In this document: positions 14,050 through 27,900 of the stretch, piece by piece
Layout: every line of letters begins with the position of its first letter
Position numbering within the stretch: the first letter of the stretch is position 1
Source: Eledone cirrhosa
Lineage: Eukaryota
Length of the DNA: 64,000 bases
Direction: 5' to 3'
Assembly (NCBI GenBank): GCA_964016885.1
Contig: OZ024745.1
Coordinates: forward strand, 92,008,001-92,072,000
The notes under the pieces: model-generated
Told to the model about the DNA's origin: nothing
Seen by the model: the letters and a program-made list of their open reading frames with translations, nothing else
Database searches by the model: none
Program-made: the position numbers and the translations under genes

Positions 14050-17000
14050 ATACAGTAAGTTATATTACTCTGTCTGAGTATCAAACAGCTCCACTAGATA
14101 CTGTAAGTTATATTACTCTGTCTGCGTATCAAACAGCTCCACTAGATACAGTAAGTTATATTACTCTGTCTGAGTATCAAACCGCTCCACTAGATACAGT
14201 AAGTTATATTACTGTGCCTGAGTATCAAACAGCTCCACTAGATAAAGTAAGTTATATTACTCTGCCTGAGTATCAAACAGCTCCACTAGATAAAGTAAGT
14301 TATATTACTCTGCCTGAGTATCAAACAGCTCCACTAGATACAGTAAGTTATATTACTCTGCCTGAGTATCAAACAGCTCCACTAGATACAGTAAGTTATA
14401 TTACTCTGTCTGATTATGAAACAGCTCCACTAGATACAGTAAGTTATATTACTCTGCCTGAGTATCAAACAGCTCCCCCAGATACAGTAAGTTGTATTAC
14501 TCTGCCTGAGTATCAAACAGCTCCACTAGATACAGTAAGTTATGTTATTCTGTCTGAGTATCAAACAGCTCCACTAGATACAGTAAGTTATATTACTCTG
14601 TCTGAGTATCAAACAGCTCCACTAGATACAGTAAGTTATATTACTCTGCCTGAGTATCAAACAGCTCCACTAGATACAGTAAGTTATATTACTCTGCCTG
14701 AGTATCAAACAGCTCCACTAGATACAGTAAGTTATATTACTCTGTCTGAGTATCAAACAGCTCCACTAGATACAGTAGGTTATATTACTCTGCCTGAGTA
14801 TCAAACAGCTCCCCTAGATACAGTAGGTTATATTACTCTGTCTGAGTATCAAACAGCTCCACTAGATACAGTAATTATATTACTCTGTCTGAGTATCAAA
14901 CATCTCCACTTGATACAGTAAGTTATATTACTCTGCCTGAGTTTCAAACAGCTCCACTAGATACAGTAAGTTATATTACTCTGCCTGAGTATCAAGCAGC
15001 TCCACTAGATACAGTAAGTTATATTACTCTGTCTGAGTATCAAACAGCTCCACTAGATACAGTAAGTTTTATTACTCTGCCTGAGTATCAAACAGCTCCA
15101 CTAGATACAGTAAGTTATATTACTCTGCCTGAGTATCAAACAGCTCCACTAGATACAGTAAGTTATATTACTCTGCCTGAGTATCAAACAGCTCCACTAG
15201 ATACAGTAAGTTATATTACTCTGCCTGAGTATCAAGCAGCTCCACTAGATACAGTAAGTTATATTACTCTGTCTGAGTATCAAACAGCTCCACTAGATAC
15301 AGTAAGTTTTATTACTCTGCTCGAGTATCAAACAGCTCCACTAGATACAGTAAGTTATATTACTCTGCCTGAATATCAAACAGCTCCACTAGAGACAGTA
15401 AGTTATATTACTCTGTCTGAGTATCAAACAGCTCCACTAGATACAGTAAGTTATATTACTCTGTCTGAGTATCAAACAGCTCCACTAGATACTGTAAGTT
15501 ATATTACTCTGTCTGCATATCAAACAGCTCCACTATATACAGTAAGTTATATTCCTCTGTCTGAGTATCAAACAGCTCCACTAGATACAGTAAGTTATAT
15601 TACTCTGCCTGAGTATCAAACAGCTCCACTAGATAAACTAAGTTATATTACTCTGCCTGAGTATCAAACAGCTCCACTAGATACAGTAAGTTATATTACT
15701 CTGTCTGAGTATCAAACAGCTCCACTAGATACAGTAAGTTATATTACTCTGTCTGAGTATCAAACAGCTCCACTAGATACAGTAAGTTATATTACTCTGC
15801 CTGAGTATCAAACAGCTCCACTTGATACAGTAAGTTATATTACTCTGCCTGAGTATGAAACAGCTCCACTAGATACAGTAAGTTATATTACTCTGTCTGA
15901 GTATCAAACAGCTCCACTAGATACAGTAAGTTATATTACTCTGCCTGAGTATCAAACAGCTCCACTAGATACAGTGTTATATTACTCTGTCTGAGTATCA
16001 AACAGCTCCACGAGATACAGTGTTATATTACTCTGTCTGAGTATCAAACAGCTCCACTAGATACAGTAAGTTATATTACTCTGTCTGCGTATCAAAGAGC
16101 TCCACTAGATACAGTAACTTATATTACTCTGTCTGAGTATCAAACAGCTCCACTAGATACAGTAAGTTATATTACTCCGTCTGAGTATCAAACAGCTCCA
16201 CTAGATACAGTAAGTTATATTACTCTGCCTGAGTATCAAACAGCTCCACTATATACAGTAAGTTATATTACTCTGCCTGAGTATCAAATAGCTCCACTAG
16301 ATACAGTAAGTTATATTCCTCTGTCTGAGTATCAAACAGCTCCCCTAGATACAGTAAGTTATATTCCTCTGCCTGAGTATCAAACAGCTCCACTAGATAC
16401 AGTAAGTTATATTACTCTGCCTGAGTATCAAACAGCTCCACTAGATACAGTAAGTTATATTACTCTGCCTGAGTATCAAACAGCTCCACTAGATACAGTA
16501 AGTTATATTACTCTGCCTGAGTATCAAGCAGCTCCACTAGATACAGTAAGTTATATTACTCTGTCTGAGTATCAAACAGCTCCACTAGATACAGTAAGTT
16601 ATATTCCTCTGCCTGAGTATCAAACAGCTCCCCTAGATACAGTATGTTATATTACTCTGTCTGAGTATCAAACAGCTCCACTAGATACAGTAAGTTATAT
16701 TACTCTGCCTGAGTATCAAACAGCTCCACTAGATACAGTAAGTTATATTACTCTGTCTGAGTATCAAACAGCTCCACTAGATAGAGTAAGTTATATTACT
16801 CTGTCTGAGTATCAAACAGCTCCACTAGATACAGTGTTATATTACTCTGTCTGAGTATCAAACAGCTCCACTAGATACAGTGTTATATTACTCTGTCTGA
16901 GTATCAAACAGCTCCACTAGATACAGTAAGTTATATTACTCTGTCTGCGTATCAAACAGCTCCACTAGATACAGTAAGTTATATTACTCTGTCTGAGTAT

Positions 17001-18310
17001 CAAACAGCTCCACTAGATACAGTAAGTTATATTACTCTGTCTGATTATCAAACAGCTCCACTAGATAAAGTAAGTTATATTACTCTGCCTGAGTATCAAA
17101 CAGCTCCACTAGATACAGTAACTTATATTACTCTGTCTGAGTATCAAACAGCTCCACTAGATACAGTAAGTTATATTACTCCGTCTGAGTATCAAACAGC
17201 TCCACTAGATACAGTAAGTTATATTACTCTGCCTGAGTATCAAACAGCTCCACTATATACAGTAAGTTATATTACTCTGCCTGAGTATCAAATAGCTCCA
17301 CTAGATACAGTAAGTTATATTCCTCTGTCTGAGTATCAAACAGCTCCCCTAGATACAGTAAGTTATATTCCTCTGCCTGAGTATCAAACAGCTCCCCTAG
17401 ATACAGTAAGTAATATTACTCTGCCTGAGTATCAAACAGCTCCCCTAGATACAGTAAGTTATATTACTCTGTCTGAGTATCAAACAGCTCCCCCAGATAC
17501 AGTAAGTTATATTACTCTGCCTGAGTATCAAACAGCTCCACTAGATACAGTAAGTTATATTACTCTGCCTGAGTATCAAACAGCTCCACTAGATACAGTA
17601 AGTTATATTACTCTGTCTGAGTATCAAACAGCTCCCCTAGATACAGTAAGTTATATTACTCTGTCTGAGTATCAAACAGCTCCACTAGATACTGTAAGTT
17701 ATATTACTCTGTCTGCGTATCAAACAGCTCCACTATATACAGTAAGTTATATTACTCTGTCTGAGTATCAAACAGCTCCACTAGATACAGTAAGTTATAT
17801 TACTCTGCCTGAGTATCAAACAGCTCCACTAGATAAACTAAGTTATATTACTCTGCCTGAGTATCAAACAGCTCCACTAGATACAGTAAGTTATATTACT
17901 CTGTCTGAGTATCAAACAGCTCCACTAGATACAGTAAGTTATATTACTCTGTCTGAGTATCAAACAGCTCCACTAGATACAGTAAGTTATATTACTCTGC
18001 CTGAGTATCAAACAGCTCCACTTGATACAGTAAGTTATATTACTCTGTCTGATTATCAAACAGCTCCCCCAGATACAGTAAGTTATTTTACTCTGCCTGA
18101 GTATCAAACAGCTCCACTAGATACAGTAAGTTATATTATTCTGTCTGAGTATCAAACAGCTCCACTAGATACAGTAAGTTATATTACTCTGTCTGAGTAT
18201 CAAACAGCTCCACTAAATACAGTAAGTTATATTACTCTGTCTGCGTATCAAACAGCTCCACTAGATACAGTAAGTTATATTACTCTGTCTGAGTATCAAA
18301 CAGCTCCACT
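14050..18310. repeat. Block duplicated at long range: copy 1 (copy 2 at about 34490-38800)
   Basis: Offset 20435: 1-bp deletion 14874/35309, 2-bp deletions 15975/36410 and 16021/36456, plus private CCACGAGAT and CAAAGAGCT variants. The offset becomes 20483 (one extra monomer) at 16835/37318 and 17412/37895. Boundaries approximate. Confidence 0.85.
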
Positions 18311-18855
18311 AGATAAAGTAAGTTATATTACTCTGCCTGAGTATCAAACAGCTCCACTAGATACTGTAAGTTATATTACTCTGTCTGCGTATCAAACAGC
18401 TCCACTAGATACAGTAAGTTATATTACTCTGTCTGAGTATCAAACCGCTCCACTAGATACAGTAAGTTATATTACTGTGCCTGAGTATCAAACAGCTCCA
18501 CTAGATAAAGTAAGTTATATTACTCTGCCTGAGTATCAAACAGCTCCACTAGATACAGTAAGTTATATTACTCTGCCTGAGTATCAAACAGCTCCACTAG
18601 ATACAGTAAGTTATATTACTCTGTCTGATTATCAAACAGCTCCACTAGATACAGTAAGTTATATTACTCTGCCTGAGTATCAAACAGCTCCCCCAGATAC
18701 AGTAAGTTGTATTACTCTGCCTGAGTATCAAACAGCTCCACTAGATACAGTAAGTTATGTTATTCTGTCTGAGTATCAAACAGCTCCACTAGATACAGTA
18801 AGTTATATTACTCTGTCTGAGTATCAAACAGCTCCACTAGATACAGTAAGTTATA

Positions 18856-21800
18856 TTACTCTGCCTGAGTATCAAACAGCTCCACTAGATACAGTAAGTT
18901 ATATTACTCTGCCTGAGTATCAAACAGCTCCACTAGATACAGTAAGTTATATTACTCTGTCTGAGTATCAAACAGCTCCACTAGATACAGTAGGTTATAT
19001 TACTCTGCCTGAGTATCAAACAGCTCCCCTAGATACAGTAGGTTATATTACTCTGTCTGAGTATCAAACAGCTCCACTAGATACAGTAATTATATTACTC
19101 TGTCTGAGTATCAAACATCTCCACTAGATACAGTAAGTTATATTACTCTGCCTGAGTTTCAAACAGCTCCACTAGATACAGTAAGTTATATTACTCTGCC
19201 TGAGTATCAAGCAGCTCCACTAGATACAGTAAGTTATATTACTCTGTCTGAGTATCAAACAGCTCCACTAGATACAGTAAGTTTTATTACTCTGCCTGAG
19301 TATCAAACAGCTCCACTAGATACAGTATGTTATATTACTCTGCCTGAGTATCAAACAGCTCCACTAGATACAGTAAGTTATATTACTCTGCCTGAGTATC
19401 AAACAGCTCCACTAGATACAGTAAGTTATATTACTCTGCCTGAGTATCAAGCAGCTCCACTAGATACAGTAAGTTATATTACTCTGTCTGAGTATCAAAC
19501 AGCTCCACTAGATACAGTAAGTTTTATTACTCTGCCTGAGTATCAAACAGCTCCACTAGATACAGTAAGTTATATTACTCTGCCTGAATATCAAACAGCT
19601 CCACTAGAGACAGTAAGTTATATTACTCTGTCTGAGTATCAAACAGCTCCACTAGATACAGTAAGTTATATTACTCTGTCTGAGTATCAAACAGCTCCAC
19701 TAGATACTGTAAGTTATATTACTCTGTCTGCATATCAAACAGCTCCACTATATACAGTAAGTTATATTCCTCTGTCTGAGTATCAAACAGCTCCACTAGA
19801 TACAGTAAGTTATATTACTCTGCCTGAGTATCAAACAGCTCCACTAGATAAACTAAGTTATATTACTCTGCCTGAGTATCAAACAGCTCCACTAGATACA
19901 GTAAGTTATATTACTCTGTCTGAGTATCAAACAGCTCCACTAGATACAGTAAGTTATATTACTCTGCCTGAGTATCAAACAGCTCCACTTGATACAGTAA
20001 GTTATATTACTCTGTCTGATTATCAAACAGCTCCCCCAGATACAGTAAGTTATTTTACTCTGCCTGAGTATCAAACAGCTCCACTAGATACAGTAAGTTC
20101 TATTATTCTGTCTGAGTATCAAACAGCTCCACTAGATACAGTAAGTTATATTACTCTGTCTGAGTATCAAACAGCTCCACTAAATACAGTAAGTTATATT
20201 ACTCTGTCTGCGTATCAAACAGCTCCACTAGATACAGTAAGTTATATTACTCTGTCTGAGTATCAAACAGCTCCACTAGATAAAGTAAGTTATATTACTC
20301 TGCCTGAGTATTAAACAGCTCCACTAGATACTGTAAGTTATATTACTCTGTCTGCATATCAAACAGCTCCACTAGATACAGTAAGTTATATTACTCTGTC
20401 TGAGTATCAAACCCCTCCACTAGATACAGTAAGTTATATTACTCTGCCTGAGTATCAAACAGCTCCACTAGATACAGTAAGTTATATTACTCTGTCTGAT
20501 TATCAAACAGCTCCACTAGATACAGTAAGTTATATTACTCTGCCTGAGTATCAAACAGCTCCCCCAGATACAGTAAGTTATATTACTCTGCCTGAGTATC
20601 AAACAGCTCCACTAGATACAGTAAGTTATATTATTCTGTCTGAGTATCAAACAGCTCCACTAGATACAGTAAGTTATATTACTCTGTCTGAGTATCAAAC
20701 AGCTCCACTAGATACAGTAAGTTATATTACTCTGCCTCAGTATCAAACAGCTCCACTAGATACAGTAAGTTATATTACTCAGCCTGAGTATCAAACAGCT
20801 CCACTAGATACAGTAAGTTATATTACTCTGTCTGAGTATCAAACAGCTCCACTATATACAGTAGGTTATATTACTCTGCCTGAGTATCAAACAGCTCCCC
20901 TAGATACAGTAGGTTATATTACTCTGCCTGAGTATCAAACAGCTCCACTAGATACAGTAAGTTATATTACTCTGCCTGAGTATCAAACAGCTCCACTAGA
21001 TACAGTAAGTTATATTACTCTGCCTGAGTATCAAACAGCTCCACTAGATACAGTAAGTTATATTACTCTGCCTGAGTATCAAGCAGCTCCACTAGATACA
21101 GTAAGTTATATTACTCTGTCTGAGTATCAAACAGCTCCACTAGATACAGTAAGTTTTATTACTCTGCCTGAGTATCAAACAGCTCCACTAGATACAGTAA
21201 GTTATATTACTCTGCCTGAATATCAAACAGCTCCACTAGAGACAGTAAGTTATATTACTCTGCCTGAGTATCAAACAGCTCCACTAGATAAACTAAGTTT
21301 TATTACTCTGCCTGAGTATCAAACAGCTCCACTAGATACAGTAAGTTATATTACTCTGCCTGAGTATCAAACAGCTCCACTAGATACAGTAAGTTATATT
21401 ACTCTGTCTGAGTATCAAACAGCTCCCCTAGATACAGTAAGTTATATTACTCTGTCTGAGTATCAAACAGCTCCACTAGATACTGTAAGTTATATTACTC
21501 TGTCTGCGTATCAAACAGCTCCACTATATACAGTAAGTTATATTACTCTGTCTGAGTATCAAACAGCTCCACTAGATACAGTAAGTTATATTACTCTGCC
21601 TGAGTATCAAACAGCTCCACTAGATAAACTAAGTTATATTACTCTGCCTGAGTATCAAACAGCTCCACTAGATACAGTAAGTTATATTACTCTGTCTGAG
21701 TATCAAACAGCTCCACTAGATACAGTAAGTTATATTACTCTGTCTGAGTATCAAACAGCTCCACTAGATACAGTAAGTTATATTACTCTGCCTGAGTATC

Positions 21801-24800
21801 AAACAGCTCCACTTGATACAGTAAGTTATATTACTCTGTCTGATTATCAAACAGCTCCCCCAGATACAGTAAGTTATTTTACTCTGCCTGAGTATCAAAC
21901 AGCTCCACTAGATACAGTAAGTTATATTACTCTGCCTGAGTATCAAACAGCTCCACTAGATACAGTAAGTTATATTACTCTGTCTGAGTATCAAACAGCT
22001 CCACTAGATACAGTAGGTTATATTACTCTGCCTGAGTATCAAACAGCTCCCCTAGATACAGTAGGTTATATTACTCTGTCTGAGTATCAAACAGCTCCAC
22101 TAGATACAGTAATTATATTACTCTGTCTGAGTATCAAACATCTCCACTAGATACAGTAAGTTATATTACTCTGCCTGAGTTTCAAACAGCTCCACTAGAT
22201 ACAGTAAGTTATATTACTCTGCCTGAGTATCAAGCAGCTCCACTAGATACAGTAAGTTATATTACTCTGTCTGAGTATCAAACAGCTCCACTAGATACAG
22301 TAAGTTTTATTACTCTGCCTGAGTATCAAACAGCTCCACTAGATACAGTATGTTATATTACTCTGCCTGAGTATCAAACAGCTCCACTAGATACAGTAAG
22401 TTATATTACTCTGCCTGAGTATCAAACAGCTCCACTAGATACAGTAAGTTATATTACTCTGCCTGAGTATCAAGCAGCTCCACTAGATACAGTAAGTTAT
22501 ATTACTCTGTCTGAGTATCAAACAGCTCCACTAGATACAGTAAGTTTTATTACTCTGCCTGAGTATCAAACAGCTCCACTAGATACAGTAAGTTATATTA
22601 CTCTGCCTGAATATCAAACAGCTCCACTAGAGACAGTAAGTTATATTACTCTGTCTGAGTATCAAACAGCTCCACTAGATACAGTAAGTTATATTACTCT
22701 GTCTGAGTATCAAACAGCTCCACTAGATACTGTAAGTTATATTACTCTGTCTGCATATCAAACAGCTCCACTATATACAGTAAGTTATATTCCTCTGTCT
22801 GAGTATCAAACAGCTCCACTAGATACAGTAAGTTATATTACTCTGCCTGAGTATCAAACAGCTCCACTAGATAAACTAAGTTATATTACTCTGCCTGAGT
22901 ATCAAACAGCTCCACTAGATACAGTAAGTTATATTACTCTGTCTGAGTATCAAACAGCTCCACTAGATACAGTAAGTTATATTACTCTGCCTGAGTATCA
23001 AACAGCTCCACTTGATACAGTAAGTTATATTACTCTGTCTGATTATCAAACAGCTCCCCCAGATACAGTAAGTTATTTTACTCTGCCTGAGTATCAAACA
23101 GCTCCACTAGATACAGTAAGTTCTATTATTCTGTCTGAGTATCAAACAGCTCCACTAGATACAGTAAGTTATATTACTCTGTCTGAGTATCAAACAGCTC
23201 CACTAAATACAGTAAGTTATATTACTCTGTCTGCGTATCAAACAGCTCCACTAGATACAGTAAGTTATATTACTCTGTCTGAGTATCAAACAGCTCCACT
23301 AGATAAAGTAAGTTATATTACTCTGCCTGAGTATTAAACAGCTCCACTAGATACTGTAAGTTATATTACTCTGTCTGCATATCAAACAGCTCCACTAGAT
23401 ACAGTAAGTTATATTACTCTGTCTGAGTATCAAACCGCTCCACTAGATACAGTAAGTTATATTACTCTGCCTGAGTATCAAACAGCTCCACTAGATACAG
23501 TAAGTTATATTACTCTGTCTGATTATCAAACAGCTCCACTAGATACAGTAAGTTATATTACTCTGCCTGAGTATCAAACAGCTCCCCCAGATACAGTAAG
23601 TTATATTACTCTGCCTGAGTATCAAACAGCTCCACTAGATACAGTAAGTTATATTATTCTGTCTGAGTATCAAACAGCTCCACTAGATACAGTAAGTTAT
23701 ATTACTCTGTCTGAGTATCAAACAGCTCCACTAGATACAGTAAGTTATATTACTCTGCCTCAGTATCAAACAGCTCCACTAGATACAGTAAGTTATATTA
23801 CTCAGCCTGAGTATCAAACAGCTCCACTAGATACAGTAAGTTATATTACTCTGTCTGAGTATCAAACAGCTCCACTATATACAGTAGGTTATATTACTCT
23901 GCCTGAGTATCAAACAGCTCCCCTAGATACAGTAGGTTATATTACTCTGCCTGAGTATCAAACAGCTCCACTAGATACAGTAAGTTATATTACTCTGCCT
24001 GAGTATCAAACAGCTCCACTAGATACAGTAAGTTATATTACTCTGCCTGAGTATCAAACAGCTCCACTAGATACAGTAAGTTATATTACTCTGCCTGAGT
24101 ATCAAGCAGCTCCACTAGATACAGTAAGTTATATTACTCTGTCTGAGTATCAAACAGCTCCACTAGATACAGTAAGTTTTATTACTCTGCCTGAGTATCA
24201 AACAGCTCCACTAGATACAGTAAGTTATATTACTCTGCCTGAATATCAAACAGCTCCACTAGAGACAGTAAGTTATATTACTCTGCCTGAGTATCAAACA
24301 GCTCCACTAGATAAACTAAGTTTTATTACTCTGCCTGAGTATCAAACAGCTCCACTAGATACAGTAAGTTATATTACTCTGCCTGAGTATCAAACAGCTC
24401 CACTAGATACAGTAAGTTATATTACTCTGTCTGAGTATCAAACAGCTCCCCTAGATACAGTAAGTTATATTACTCTGTCTGAGTATCAAACAGCTCCACT
24501 AGATACTGTAAGTTATATTACTCTGTCTGCGTATCAAACAGCTCCACTATATACAGTAAGTTATATTACTCTGTCTGAGTATCAAACAGCTCCACTAGAT
24601 ACAGTAAGTTATATTACTCTGCCTGAGTATCAAACAGCTCCACTAGATAAACTAAGTTATATTACTCTGCCTGAGTATCAAACAGCTCCACTAGATACAG
24701 TAAGTTATATTACTCTGTCTGAGTATCAAACAGCTCCACTAGATACAGTAAGTTATATTACTCTGTCTGAGTATCAAACAGCTCCACTAGATACAGTAAG

Positions 24801-24952
24801 TTATATTACTCTGCCTGAGTATCAAACAGCTCCACTTGATACAGTAAGTTATATTACTCTGTCTGATTATCAAACAGCTCCCCCAGATACAGTAAGTTAT
24901 TTTACTCTGCCTGAGTATCAAACAGCTCCACTAGATACAGTAAGTTATATTA
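18856..24952. repeat. Higher-order tandem duplication, 63-monomer period (3023 bp), with a third related copy 79 monomers further on
   Basis: Offset 3023: deletion 19089/22112, GTATGT 19328/22351, TAT>TCT 20100/23123, TAA 20312/23335, CAG 20781/23804. Further offset 3791: 25903, 26142, 27126, 27595. Confidence 0.9.
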
Positions 24953-27900
24953 TTCTGTCTGAGTATCAAACAGCTCCACTAGATACAGTAAGTTATATTA
25001 CTCTGTCTGAGTATCAAACAGCTCCACTAAATACAGTAAGTTATATTACTCTGTCTGCGTATCAAACAGCTCCACTAGATACAGTAAGTTATATTACTCT
25101 GTCTGAGTATCAAACAGCTCCACTAGATAAAGTAAGTTATATTACTCTGCCTGAGTATCAAACAGCTCCACTAGATACTGTAAGTTATATTACTCTGTCT
25201 GCGTATCAAACAGCTCCACTAGATACAGTAAGTTATATTACTCTGTCTGAGTATCAAACCGCTCCACTAGATACAGTAAGTTATATTACTGTGCCTGAGT
25301 ATCAAACAGCTCCACTAGATAAAGTAAGTTATATTACTCTGCCTGAGTATCAAACAGCTCCACTAGATACAGTAAGTTATATTACTCTGCCTGAGTATCA
25401 AACAGCTCCACTAGATACAGTAAGTTATATTACTCTGTCTGATTATCAAACAGCTCCACTAGATACAGTAAGTTATATTACTCTGCCTGAGTATCAAACA
25501 GCTCCCCCAGATACAGTAAGTTGTATTACTCTGCCTGAGTATCAAACAGCTCCACTAGATACAGTAAGTTATGTTATTCTGTCTGAGTATCAAACAGCTC
25601 CACTAGATACAGTAAGTTATATTACTCTGTCTGAGTATCAAACAGCTCCACTAGATACAGTAAGTTATATTACTCTGCCTGAGTATCAAACAGCTCCACT
25701 AGATACAGTAAGTTATATTACTCTGCCTGAGTATCAAACAGCTCCACTAGATACAGTAAGTTATATTACTCTGTCTGAGTATCAAACAGCTCCACTAGAT
25801 ACAGTAGGTTATATTACTCTGCCTGAGTATCAAACAGCTCCCCTAGATACAGTAGGTTATATTACTCTGTCTGAGTATCAAACAGCTCCACTAGATACAG
25901 TAATTATATTACTCTGTCTGAGTATCAAACATCTCCACTAGATACAGTAAGTTATATTACTCTGCCTGAGTTTCAAACAGCTCCACTAGATACAGTAAGT
26001 TATATTACTCTGCCTGAGTATCAAGCAGCTCCACTAGATACAGTAAGTTATATTACTCTGTCTGAGTATCAAACAGCTCCACTAGATACAGTAAGTTTTA
26101 TTACTCTGCCTGAGTATCAAACAGCTCCACTAGATACAGTATGTTATATTACTCTGCCTGAGTATCAAACAGCTCCACTAGATACAGTAAGTTATATTAC
26201 TCTGCCTGAGTATCAAACAGCTCCACTAGATACAGTAAGTTATATTACTCTGCCTGAGTATCAAGCAGCTCCACTAGATACAGTAAGTTATATTACTCTG
26301 TCTGAGTATCAAACAGCTCCACTAGATACAGTAAGTTTTATTACTCTGCCTGAGTATCAAACAGCTCCACTAGATACAGTAAGTTATATTACTCTGCCTG
26401 AATATCAAACAGCTCCACTAGAGACAGTAAGTTATATTACTCTGTCTGAGTATCAAACAGCTCCACTAGATACAGTAAGTTATATTACTCTGTCTGAGTA
26501 TCAAACAGCTCCACTAGATACTGTAAGTTATATTACTCTGTCTGCATATCAAACAGCTCCACTATATACAGTAAGTTATATTCCTCTGTCTGAGTATCAA
26601 ACAGCTCCACTAGATACAGTAAGTTATATTACTCTGCCTGAGTATCAAACAGCTCCACTAGATAAACTAAGTTATATTACTCTGCCTGAGTATCAAACAG
26701 CTCCACTAGATACAGTAAGTTATATTACTCTGTCTGAGTATCAAACAGCTCCACTAGATACAGTAAGTTATATTACTCTGCCTGAGTATCAAACAGCTCC
26801 ACTTGATACAGTAAGTTATATTACTCTGTCTGATTATCAAACAGCTCCCCCAGATACAGTAAGTTATTTTACTCTGCCTGAGTATCAAACAGCTCCACTA
26901 GATACAGTAAGTTATATTATTCTGTCTGAGTATCAAACAGCTCCACTAGATACAGTAAGTTATATTACTCTGTCTGAGTATCAAACAGCTCCACTAAATA
27001 CAGTAAGTTATATTACTCTGTCTGCGTATCAAACAGCTCCACTAGATACAGTAAGTTATATTACTCTGTCTGAGTATCAAACAGCTCCACTAGATAAAGT
27101 AAGTTATATTACTCTGCCTGAGTATTAAACAGCTCCACTAGATACTGTAAGTTATATTACTCTGTCTGCGTATCAAACAGCTCCACTAGATACAGTAAGT
27201 TATATTACTCTGTCTGAGTATCAAACCGCTCCACTAGATACAGTAAGTTATATTACTCTGCCTGAGTATCAAACAGCTCCACTAGATACAGTAAGATATA
27301 TTACTCTGTCTGATTATCAAACAGCTCCACTAGATACAGTAAGTTATATTACTCTGCCTGAGTATCAAACAGCTCCCCCAGATACAGTAAGTTATATTAC
27401 TCTGCCTGAGTATCAAACAGCTCCACTAGATACAGTAAGTTATATTATTCTGTCTGAGTATCAAACAGCTCCACTAGATACAGTAAGTTATATTACTCTG
27501 TCTGAGTATCAAACAGCTCCACTAGATACAGTAAGTTATATTACTCTGCCTCAGTATCAAACAGCTCCACTAGATACAGTAAGTTATATTACTCAGCCTG
27601 AGTATCAAACAGCTCCACTAGATACAGTAAGTTATATTACTCTGTCTGAGTATCAAACAGCTCCACTATATACAGTAGGTTATATTACTCTGCCTGAGTA
27701 TTAAACAGCTCCCCTAGATACAGTAGGTTATATTACTCTGCCTGAGTATCAAACAGCTCCACTAGATACAGTAAGTTATATTACTCTGCCTGAGTATCAA
27801 ACAGCTCCACTAGATACAGTAAGTTATATTACTCTGCCTGAGTATCAAACAGCTCCACTAGATACAGTAAGTTATATTACTCTGCCTGAGTATCAAGCAG

